Origin: Candidatus Eiseniibacteriota bacterium
Lineage (GTDB): Bacteria > ARS69
Length of the DNA: 46,260 nt
Direction: 5' to 3'
Assembly (NCBI GenBank): GCA_052390515.1
Contig: JBQTGV010000093.1
Coordinates: 1-46,260, forward strand
Under the pieces are notes generated by a model, which saw nothing but the letters and a program-made list of their open reading frames with translations, searched no databases and was not told the origin of the DNA. Position numbers and translations under genes: made by a program. Of this stretch, positions 1 to 8,033 are shown one piece after another (positions within the stretch are counted from its first letter, which is position 1; every line of letters starts with the position of its first letter).

Positions 1-1359
1 CTCTCCGCTGCGACCACCTCCTGCAACCCCGGCTCGGTACCGGTGCGGTGGCAGCTCGAGACCGTGAACGGTCCGCTCATCGAAGAGCACCCGTTCATCG
101 GGCTCGCCCTGTACCGGCTCGACGTGAACGGCCGGCTCGAGATGATCGGGAAGAACTGGATCAAGCACGGCTTCTTCGCCACCAATGCCAACGACTGCCT
201 CTACGGATGCACGGCCGCCCCGAACTCGTTGGGCGTCGGTTGCGCGGACACGTACGCGGTCGGCCACAACGGCGCGACGCTCTACCTCGGGCCCCGCGAA
301 GAAGTGAACCCTCACACGGGCGACTGGACCGCGTGCGGCTCGTACTTCGACGGCACGCCCGTGGACTGCAAGCGGAACTTCATGGGCGTCCCCAGCGAGG
401 TCGACCACCGGCTCGAGGCCTGGGACGAGGATCTCGGTCTGTCCGGCGCGCGCTATTTCTACGAGGGCGTCTACTACGTCCAGGGCGACGAGAACATCGA
501 CAACAACATCGGCTGGAAGGAATGCACCGTGACCTGGGCCAACCTCTGGGTCTTCAGCGACATCAACTCGACCCCCGGTTGGGCACAGAAGGACACGGAC
601 GGTGCGCTCATCGCGACGTGGGGCGATCAGCAAGCGGCCGTGCCCGCGGCCGCCGACGACGGCACACTGTGGTTCGCGGTCAAGGTCGATTCGCTCGGCG
701 GAGGCGAATGGCACTACGAGTACGCCGTCTACAACTACACCTCGAATCGGGGGCTCTTCTCCTTCGCGGTTCCCACGGGGACGGCGAACGTCACGAACGT
801 CGGCTTCCACGACGTCGACCACGACTCCTCGACCGACTGGACCCCGGTGATCGGTCCGGGCCTCGTCACCTGGAGCACGGACGACTGGGCGACGGACCCC
901 GCGGCGCCGGCCCTCGGCTACCAGTCGCTCTTCAACTTCCGCTTCGACGCCGACGCGCCGCCGGTCGTGTCGGACGTGCTCGGCGGGCTCTTCCTTCCCG
1001 GAATCGGCACGAACGTGTCCGCCTCGCTTCTCGCACCCGCGGCCGCATCGACCGCGGTGCTCCCGGAAGCGGCCGGAAGGAGCTCGTTCGGTCTGCTCGG
1101 CGTCGAGCCGAATCCCGCGCGCGGGGGCGCCAGGGTTTCCTTTTCGCTGGATCGGGACCGGGACGTCCGCCTCTCCGTCGTGGACGTGTCCGGCCGCACG
1201 CTCCGCGTCCTCCGCGAGGGAGCGGTGCCGGCGGGCCAAGCCTCGGCGGTGTGGGACGGGCTCGACGCCAATGGCGCGCGTGCGGCGGCCGGGGTCTACT
1301 TCTTCCGGCTCGAGTCCGACGGCGCGAGCCGGACCCGCAAGGTGACCCTGCTCCGCTGA
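1..1359 (+). CDS. Secreted-type protein with C-terminal FlgD-Ig/T9SS-CTD-like domain (5' truncated by window edge)
   Basis: Frame is open from base 1 (LSAATTSCNPGSVPVRW...). C-terminus 'VEPNPARG...VRLSVVDVSGRTLRVL...WDGLDANG..AAAGVYFFRL......RKVTLLR' is a typical FlgD-Ig/CTD. Cys-rich N-terminal region of unknown function. Confidence 0.75.
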   Translation, partial: LSAATTSCNPGSVPVRWQLETVNGPLIEEHPFIGLALYRLDVNGRLEMIGKNWIKHGFFATNANDCLYGCTAAPNSLGVGCADTYAVGHNGATLYLGPREEVNPHTGDWTACGSYFDGTPVDCKRNFMGVPSEVDHRLEAWDEDLGLSGARYFYEGVYYVQGDENIDNNIGWKECTVTWANLWVFSDINSTPGWAQKDTDGALIATWGDQQAAVPAAADDGTLWFAVKVDSLGGGEWHYEYAVYNYTSNRGLFSFAVPTGTANVTNVGFHDVDHDSSTDWTPVIGPGLVTWSTDDWATDPAAPALGYQSLFNFRFDADAPPVVSDVLGGLFLPGIGTNVSASLLAPAAASTAVLPEAAGRSSFGLLGVEPNPARGGARVSFSLDRDRDVRLSVVDVSGRTLRVLREGAVPAGQASAVWDGLDANGARAAAGVYFFRLESDGASRTRKVTLLR

Positions 1360-1389
1360 GCGGTCTTCTGCTACTGTGGGCGGCCACTC

Positions 1390-2637
1390 ATGGTCGTCGC
1401 CCCTTTCTTCGCCCTGCTCCTTGCCGCGTCCGCCACGGCGCCGGCGCATCCGCTCGCCGCGGTGCCGAAGGACCGCTCCACCGGCGAGCGTGCCCTGCGC
1501 GTCCCGGTGGCGATCGCGGAGCTGCCCTTCGCGTTGCTCGGTGACGGGCTCGAGCACACGATGTCGTTCGTCGAGCACAGGAACCTGATCGGCAAGGCGA
1601 GCCGCATCCCACCGTGGCTCGCCGAGCGCCACCTGATCGTCACCGGCGGAAGCGAGGGGGAGGGCGCCGGATTCGGGCTCGGCGTCGGCGCCTTCGCCGG
1701 CATCGGACAGGGGCAGATCGCCGGGATCACGCAGTGGACCGTGCGCGAGTACCAGACGCACAGCCTGCTCCTCCAGCAGGCGCTGGGTGAACGGACCGCG
1801 CTGCACGCCTGGGGGCGCTACCGGGTGCGCGCGCGCGACAACTTCTCCGGGGTCGGGCAGGGCACCAGCCCGGACGACCGCACGCAGTACCGCCAGGACG
1901 ACGTCGGGGGCGGGGCCGGTATCACCTTTCGACCGGCGTCGGTGCAGATCGCCGTGGACGGTGCCTGGAGCGACTTCCGCGAGCTCGAAGCACCCAGCGG
2001 CGGCGAGCATCCCGATACGATCGAAGAGTTCCCGGATCTTCCCGGAATCGGCGGGGCGAAGCTCGTTGCGGGGTCGGTGGCGCTCAGCTTCCCGGCGGTT
2101 CCGTACCGCGGCGGTCCCGCGCCGGAGAGCGCGGTCGTCGCCGGCGTGCAGGTCGCCCGGGACGCCGACGGATCCGCGTTCGGCTTCTCACGCTTCACGC
2201 TGTCGCTCTACCAGGCCGTGCCGGTATTCTGGGGCGATCGGGTGCTGGCCGCGCGCGTCCGAGGCTCCATCACGCAGCCGCACGCCGGCCGGGAGATCCC
2301 GTTCTGGCTCCTGGAGGAGCTCGGCGGGTCGAGCGGGCTGCGCGCGTACGATCCGCTCCGCTTCCGCGACAGGGACTCCGCGCTGCTGAACGTGGAGTAT
2401 CGCTTCCCGATCTGGGACATCGGCCTGCCGAGCGGCACGGCGATGGATGCGGTCTTCTTCTTCGACGCCGGCCTCGTCTCGCCCGCCATCCAGGACGACC
2501 TGGTGATGGACGACTTCAAGTCGGACGTCGGCTTCGGTCTCCGCGTCCGGAACCGCTGGGCGACGCTCTTGCGGATCGACGCCGCCTTCGCCGCGGACGA
2601 GACGCGCATCGAGTACCGGACCGGACGGGACTTCTGA
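1390..2637 (+). CDS. Omp85 (BamA/TamA-family) outer-membrane beta-barrel protein without obvious POTRA domains
   Basis: Signal peptide; 'LGGSSGLRAY..RFRD....LLNVEYRFPI', 'FFDAG', 'SDVGFGLR', terminal Phe; 415 aa. Confidence 0.8.
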   Translation: MVVAPFFALLLAASATAPAHPLAAVPKDRSTGERALRVPVAIAELPFALLGDGLEHTMSFVEHRNLIGKASRIPPWLAERHLIVTGGSEGEGAGFGLGVGAFAGIGQGQIAGITQWTVREYQTHSLLLQQALGERTALHAWGRYRVRARDNFSGVGQGTSPDDRTQYRQDDVGGGAGITFRPASVQIAVDGAWSDFRELEAPSGGEHPDTIEEFPDLPGIGGAKLVAGSVALSFPAVPYRGGPAPESAVVAGVQVARDADGSAFGFSRFTLSLYQAVPVFWGDRVLAARVRGSITQPHAGREIPFWLLEELGGSSGLRAYDPLRFRDRDSALLNVEYRFPIWDIGLPSGTAMDAVFFFDAGLVSPAIQDDLVMDDFKSDVGFGLRVRNRWATLLRIDAAFAADETRIEYRTGRDF

Positions 2638-4403
2638 TGCGGCGGATGCGGCGCCCCTTCGCCCGGATCCCGGTGCCGGCCGCGGGAGCTGCCGGCGGCT
2701 TCGCCCGGACCCTGCCGCTGCTGCTGGTCCTGGCCGCCGGCGGCTGCGGCACGTCCAAGGAGCTGCTCCTCGCCGGGCCACTGGCGGAGCTGCCCGACCG
2801 GGAGCCGGTGCCCGAGCCGAAGGCCGCGGCGCCGAACCAGTACTACGACTTCGCCGACAACTCGATCTTCCGCCAGATCCACTCCTGGTTCGATCTGCCG
2901 CGCCACGCGCGCTCGGTCTCCGGCGCGCCGAAGCAGGCGGCGAACGTGGACGCGTTCGACGAGGTGCCCAACTCCAGCTGGTTCACGAACCGCGGCGAAC
3001 GCCTCTCCCTGGAGGAAGCGCTGCGCGGCCCGGATCAGGGCGACGGCCCGGACCGGAGCGCCCCATGGAGGGTGCGCGGCGTCAAGACGCAGGGAGTCAC
3101 GCCGGGATTCCGCATCAAGGACGCTCGCGGCGACACGTATCTCCTGAAGTTCGACCCGCTGACCAATCCGGAGATGGCCTCGGGCGCCGAGATCATCTGC
3201 ACGAAGCTCGCGTGGGCGGCGGGATACAACACCGCGGAGAACTATCTCGTGTTCTTCGGCGCGGAGCAGCTCTCCCTCGAAGGCGACGTCACCCTCGTCG
3301 ACGAGTTCGGCCAGGAACGCACGCTCACCCGCGCGGACGTCGACGAGATCCTGGAGCGCGTGCCGCGCGCTCCGGACGGCTCGATCCGTGCGGTGGCGAG
3401 CAAGTTCCTCCCGGGCAAGCCGATGGGACCGTACTCGTACCTCGGCACCCGCGGCGACGACCCCAACGACCGCTTCCGCCACGAGCATCGCCGCGAGCTG
3501 CGCGGTCTCTACGTGTTCGCCGCGTGGGTCAATCACAACGACGTGCGCCGCATCAACTCGCTGGACATGTACGCGCCGGACGGCTACCTGCTCCACTACC
3601 TCATCGACTTCGGCGCGACGCTCGGCAGCGCCTCGGTCTGGGCGAACCTGCCGAGCGAGGGCTTCGAGTACCAGGCGGACTTCGCCGAGGCCGGAAAATC
3701 CCTGGTGACGCTGGGTCTTCGCCGCCGGCCCTGGCAGGGACACGTGCTGCGGGCCGACCCCGCCATCGGCTGGTTCGGCGTGGAGGGCTTCGATCCGGCG
3801 CGGTGGAAGCCGAATTACCCGAACCTCGCGTTCCAGCGTCTCACCGACCGCGACGGTTTCTGGGGAGCGAAGCAGGTGATGTCGCTCGACGACGAGAAGA
3901 TCCGCGGGATCGTGGCGCAAGCGAAGTACAGCGATCCGGAGGTGGAGCAGTTCCTGGCGGACACGCTGATTCGTCGCCGCGACCTCATCGGCCGCCACTG
4001 GTACGGCCGGGTCAACCCTCTGGACGGGTTCCGGATCGAAGCGAACGAGGACGGCGGACAGCGCGTCACGTGCATCGATCGGGCCGTCGAGGCGGGCTTC
4101 GAGCCGGCCGCAGGCTCCTCGTACCGGGCGGCGCTCTTCCACAACGACTTCGGCGGGCGGGACGAAGAGGTGCTCGGCGAGCGCCAGTCGGGGGAGCCGG
4201 AGGTGGTGCTCTCGCGGGAGGACCTCGCGCGCGTCGGCTCCTTCTGCGAAGAGCGGGACCTCGGCGAGGCCGAGGCGCGCCTCTTCTATGTGAAGATCCG
4301 GACGGCCCGCCCTTCGGGTGCCGAGCCGGGCGGATGGGTCAAGGCACACCTCCTCTGGACCGGCTCGGGCTTCGAGGCCGCAGGGATCGAGCGGCAGGAC
4401 TGA
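2637..4403 (+). CDS. Lipoprotein with atypical kinase-like motifs (HipA/PI3-4K/CotH-like fold)
   Basis: Lipobox LAAGGC; 'GVKTQGVTPGF', 'YLLKFDP', 'GAEII', 'NHNDVRRINS', 'YLIDFG'. Start overlaps the Omp85 stop (TGATG). Confidence 0.65.
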   Translation: MRRMRRPFARIPVPAAGAAGGFARTLPLLLVLAAGGCGTSKELLLAGPLAELPDREPVPEPKAAAPNQYYDFADNSIFRQIHSWFDLPRHARSVSGAPKQAANVDAFDEVPNSSWFTNRGERLSLEEALRGPDQGDGPDRSAPWRVRGVKTQGVTPGFRIKDARGDTYLLKFDPLTNPEMASGAEIICTKLAWAAGYNTAENYLVFFGAEQLSLEGDVTLVDEFGQERTLTRADVDEILERVPRAPDGSIRAVASKFLPGKPMGPYSYLGTRGDDPNDRFRHEHRRELRGLYVFAAWVNHNDVRRINSLDMYAPDGYLLHYLIDFGATLGSASVWANLPSEGFEYQADFAEAGKSLVTLGLRRRPWQGHVLRADPAIGWFGVEGFDPARWKPNYPNLAFQRLTDRDGFWGAKQVMSLDDEKIRGIVAQAKYSDPEVEQFLADTLIRRRDLIGRHWYGRVNPLDGFRIEANEDGGQRVTCIDRAVEAGFEPAAGSSYRAALFHNDFGGRDEEVLGERQSGEPEVVLSREDLARVGSFCEERDLGEAEARLFYVKIRTARPSGAEPGGWVKAHLLWTGSGFEAAGIERQD

Positions 4404-4445
4404 GGCACGCCCAGGGCGGCCGACGGCGCCTGTCGGGACGCGACA

Positions 4446-5786
4446 CTACGCCCCGGCGAGCTTCGCGTTCTCCCGCCCGATGGCCACGGCGACAGCCAGC
4501 CACGCCGCCACCAGCACGAGGTTCACGACCGCGAAGTGCGTCGTCTCGAACGACAGCACCGTGGTTCCGACGAGGACCAGCCCCGCGGAGAGAAGGTCTC
4601 CCGCGCGGACGAAGAACGTATCGATGGCCTGCTTCGCCTTGTACTTCTGCTCCCGCGTGGTCGGGAGGAAGAGCACGTTGCGCACCGTGTTCTGCAGCGA
4701 GTAGTCGGTGGCGTTCTCCGCGGTCTTGGCCCAGCGCACCACGGTGAGCACGGGATAGAAGGCGAGCAGGCAGTATCCCCCCAGCGCGATCACCGGCAGG
4801 AAGAGGAGCGCGCGCCGGACGCCGAGGTACTTGAGGATCCTGGATACCAGGAAGAGCTGCGTCAGCACGCCGACGACGTTCACCCAGAAGAAGAAGCCGG
4901 CGTAGAACTTCCCGATCGTGTCGCCGAGATCGAGGCCGCCGCTCGTGCCGGCCTCCACGCTCCGCGCAGCGGCCTCCCGGACGACGCGGCCCAGGATGTA
5001 CTCGCCGGTGGTGTTGACCCAGTTCAGGAAGAGCATCAGGAACGCGATCAGCAGCAGATAGCGGTTGCGCAGCACGAGCTGGAAGGCGCCGCCGGGCGGG
5101 ATCGGCTCGTCCGCCGTGCGCGCGCCCGTCTCGGCCACGGCCCTCGGGCGGTTGCGCTCCCTGGCCTCGATGACGTTGGTGATGGCGAGCGTCGCGGCCA
5201 GGAGCACCGCCGCCACGACCAGCATCTGCTCCACGCCGAGCGGCTCCACGAGGCGCTCGGCGATCCAGCTCCCCGCCACGGCGCCGAACGACGCGCCGAA
5301 CGCCACGAGAGCGAAGAGGCGCTTGCCCTGCTCCGGCGTGTACACGTCGTTGGCGAAGGACCAGAACTGCGCGATGACCATCAGATTGAAGATGCCGACC
5401 CACAAGAAGAACGCGACGCCGAGGTACGGCATGTCGGCCTTCGCCAGCAGGTAGAAGCCGGCGAGGCACGCGGCGAAGAAGAGCGTGACGATGTTGATGA
5501 GGCGCCGCCGCGGCACCCTCGACGCGAGCGCGGCGTAGGCCGGCACGACCCCGAGCAGCAGCAGCGCCTGGCCCGCGGCGGCGTAGCTCTTCACCTCCGC
5601 GCCGCCCCCGGCCAGGATCAGCGCTTCCCGCACGGGCTTCACGATGTAGTACGTGGTGAGGAGCAGGAACACGTTGAGCGCGAGGAGGAGCGCGGTGCCC
5701 GACTCCCCGGGCCGCACCTCCGTGAAGAGGCCGAGCACGCGCTCGAGCAAACCCTTCCTCGCGGCGACCGCGGGGTTTCCCGTCAT
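4446..5786 (-). CDS. Npt1/Npt2 (TLC, ATP/ADP translocase-like) MFS nucleotide transporter
   Basis: About 12 hydrophobic segments; 'YYIVKPVREAL', 'FWSFANDVY..EQGKRLF', 'KYKAKQAIDTFFVRAGD'. ATG 5786 is preceded by GGAGAG. Confidence 0.85.
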   Translation of the reverse strand: MTGNPAVAARKGLLERVLGLFTEVRPGESGTALLLALNVFLLLTTYYIVKPVREALILAGGGAEVKSYAAAGQALLLLGVVPAYAALASRVPRRRLINIVTLFFAACLAGFYLLAKADMPYLGVAFFLWVGIFNLMVIAQFWSFANDVYTPEQGKRLFALVAFGASFGAVAGSWIAERLVEPLGVEQMLVVAAVLLAATLAITNVIEARERNRPRAVAETGARTADEPIPPGGAFQLVLRNRYLLLIAFLMLFLNWVNTTGEYILGRVVREAAARSVEAGTSGGLDLGDTIGKFYAGFFFWVNVVGVLTQLFLVSRILKYLGVRRALLFLPVIALGGYCLLAFYPVLTVVRWAKTAENATDYSLQNTVRNVLFLPTTREQKYKAKQAIDTFFVRAGDLLSAGLVLVGTTVLSFETTHFAVVNLVLVAAWLAVAVAIGRENAKLAGA

Positions 5787-5819
5787 CGACTCTCCGTCGC
5801 CGCGTAGTATGCTGCGGCG

Positions 5820-7004
5820 ATGCATCCTTCTCGATTCCTGCCGTTCCGGTCAAGCCGGCTCTCGGCCGCGACGGTCACGCTCCTGCTGCTGGCCGCGCCC
5901 GCCGAAGCCTTTCGCTGGCCGTGGGAGACGGACCCCTGGCCGGACACCTCGCTCCGGCCGGTCGCGGCGCTGGACCATCCGGTGGTCGAGTCCGTCTTCC
6001 CGCCCGGCGCCGCCGCGTCGTATCGCTTCGCCGTGTTCGGCGACCAGCGTGCGCTGGCCGACGGTGAGTGGCAGCGGCTCGTGGAGAGGATCGCCGCGCT
6101 CCGGGATGACGAGCGCCCGGCCTTCGTCCTCGACACGGGCGACATCGTCGACGACGGATCCCACTCGGATCAGTTCTGGTGGCTGCGCGACATCCTCCAC
6201 CCCCTCCGCGACCTGCCCTATCTGGTAGGCGTCGGGAACCACGAGGTGGCCGATCACGGGGACCCGGCCGCGCGGGCGAACACCGCGGCCTTCCTGGCCT
6301 ACCTGGACCGGGATCTCTCGCCCGAGCGGCTCTGGTACCGCAAGGACATCGGCCCGGCCGCGTTCCTCTTCCTCGACACGAACGACTTCACGTATGGAGC
6401 GGACGGGGACCGGGACGAGTGTCCGCCGTCGGTGGAGCCGGCCACACGCGAGGGCCGGCAGGTCGCCTGGCTCCGGGAGCAGGCGGCCGATCTCGGCGCG
6501 AAGGACGCGCTGGTGATCGCCGTGATGCACCATCCGCTGGTGCAGTCCTCCGAGAAGCACCGCCCTTCCGCCCGCACGTTGTGGGCGTTCACCGACGGCG
6601 GGCAGACGCTCGTCGATCTGCTCGTGGACGCCGGAGTCGACGTCGTGCTCACCGGGCACACGCACACCTTCGAGCGCTTCCGTCTGGTGCGGGACGACGG
6701 CCGTTCCCTGCACCTCGTCAACATCTCGGGGCGCCCCCGCGACGCGTTCCTGTGGATCGGGGCCGGGGAGCGCCGCGCCCGGGACATCCGCGGCGAAGAG
6801 ACGGCGTTCCTCGAGGAGGCGGGCTGGACCGGGCTCGAGCGCTGGAAGATCACGCAGGAGGAACTGATGCGGAAGGAAGGCGAGGCCGACCAGTTCGCCC
6901 TCTTCTCCGTCGAGGAGGACGGCGGGCTCACCCTGGAGATGCGCTTCCTGGACGACGAGGAGCCCGACGGCATGAGGCACGGAGCACCGGTCCGGCTGCG
7001 GTAG
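5820..7004 (+). CDS. Secreted calcineurin-like metallophosphoesterase
   Basis: Signal peptide (..LLLLAAPAEA); motifs GDQR, GDIVDDG, GNHE, HHP, GHTH. Confidence 0.88.
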   Translation: MHPSRFLPFRSSRLSAATVTLLLLAAPAEAFRWPWETDPWPDTSLRPVAALDHPVVESVFPPGAAASYRFAVFGDQRALADGEWQRLVERIAALRDDERPAFVLDTGDIVDDGSHSDQFWWLRDILHPLRDLPYLVGVGNHEVADHGDPAARANTAAFLAYLDRDLSPERLWYRKDIGPAAFLFLDTNDFTYGADGDRDECPPSVEPATREGRQVAWLREQAADLGAKDALVIAVMHHPLVQSSEKHRPSARTLWAFTDGGQTLVDLLVDAGVDVVLTGHTHTFERFRLVRDDGRSLHLVNISGRPRDAFLWIGAGERRARDIRGEETAFLEEAGWTGLERWKITQEELMRKEGEADQFALFSVEEDGGLTLEMRFLDDEEPDGMRHGAPVRLR

Positions 7005-7025
7005 GGTCCCGCCTCGCGGAACGCT

Positions 7026-7093
7026 CGCCCCATCCGCGGGGCGCGGCGTCTGCGATGCAACGAACCAGCCCCGCCGACTCGTGCCGGCGGGGC
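7026..7093. terminator. Two GC hairpins between convergent genes, possible terminators
   Basis: CGCCCC/GGGGCG (7026-7043) and 9-bp stem GCCCCGCCG/CGGCGGGGC (7068-7093); U-tracts are weak. Confidence 0.4.
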
Positions 7094-7122
7094 CGTGAAT
7101 GCGTTCGGAAGTCCGGGCGAAG

Positions 7123-7914
7123 CTACTTGTAGCCGGCCTTCGTCTGGCCCCAGCTCCGCGTCTCGACCGACACGGGGTTCAGGCACTCGTACTCGATGTT
7201 CGTGAACGTCGCCGTCGACGACGCGTTGGGATTGCCGCCCTGCAGGAACGGCTGGTGGAAGCCGCCCACGGTCGCACTGTTCAGGATTCCCCACAGACCG
7301 TACGGAGGATCCTCCGCCGGGTTCCCCATGTCCAGGGCCAGGGCGCCGCTGGAGTACGTGTTGCTTCCGTACGTCACGACGTACTCGACCGTGCCCGGGC
7401 TCGACGAGCTCAGGCCGTTCGGGTGATAGATCATCTCCAGATGGATCGACGTGCCCTTCGCGTAAACGACACCGTGGTTCGCGGTGAACGAATAGAACGG
7501 CATCCGGCCGCCGAACACGGCGACCTCGCCGTCGGTCGTGCGGCAGTTGATCCGGCCGTCGCCCACGAACCACCACGGCGCGATGTTGATCCCCGCCTCA
7601 CCCTCGGTCGCCCCGGAGATGACCAGGTCGACGGCGAAGCGGAACTCGGAGCTGTTGGCGAACAGAAGGTTGGTCGCGCCGTCGTCCGAGAACTTCCAGA
7701 CGTGCAGGTTGGCGAACCCGCCGCAGCTCAGGTTGCTGTCGGTCGTCTGGACCATCATGGGGTAGTTGTTCACCGACGAGAAGCTCGACGTCGGGCAGTC
7801 GTTGAAAATGCGCGGGGTGATCGCGACGCTGTTGACGATCGGCGTCGCGGAGGCACCCACCGCGAACGCCATCGCTGCCGTCGCGAACGCGCACCTGGTC
7901 ACGATTCGCTTCAT
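7123..7914 (-). CDS. Secreted hypothetical protein (263 aa) with C-terminal SWGxxKxxY tail
   Basis: ATG 7914 with AAGGAG upstream; signal peptide MKRIVTRCAFATAAMAFAVGASA; beta-rich body; ends VSVETRSWGQTKAGYK. Confidence 0.8.
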   Translation of the reverse strand: MKRIVTRCAFATAAMAFAVGASATPIVNSVAITPRIFNDCPTSSFSSVNNYPMMVQTTDSNLSCGGFANLHVWKFSDDGATNLLFANSSEFRFAVDLVISGATEGEAGINIAPWWFVGDGRINCRTTDGEVAVFGGRMPFYSFTANHGVVYAKGTSIHLEMIYHPNGLSSSSPGTVEYVVTYGSNTYSSGALALDMGNPAEDPPYGLWGILNSATVGGFHQPFLQGGNPNASSTATFTNIEYECLNPVSVETRSWGQTKAGYK

Positions 7915-8033
7915 GGTTGCACTACTCCTTGGGCAAGATGTGATCGAATCGGTCTCCTCCATGAGGGACCGCGTCCTTACATGGTATTGCGTTCTCTCAC
8001 CTCCTCCCGTCCGCCCCGGCGCGGCCTTCCACT

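Noticed and set aside
7915-8033. AT-richer intergenic stretch with a small hairpin, considered as riboswitch or sRNA
   Set aside because: Short, matches no family I recognise, and is explained as promoter plus 5' UTR of the 7914 gene.
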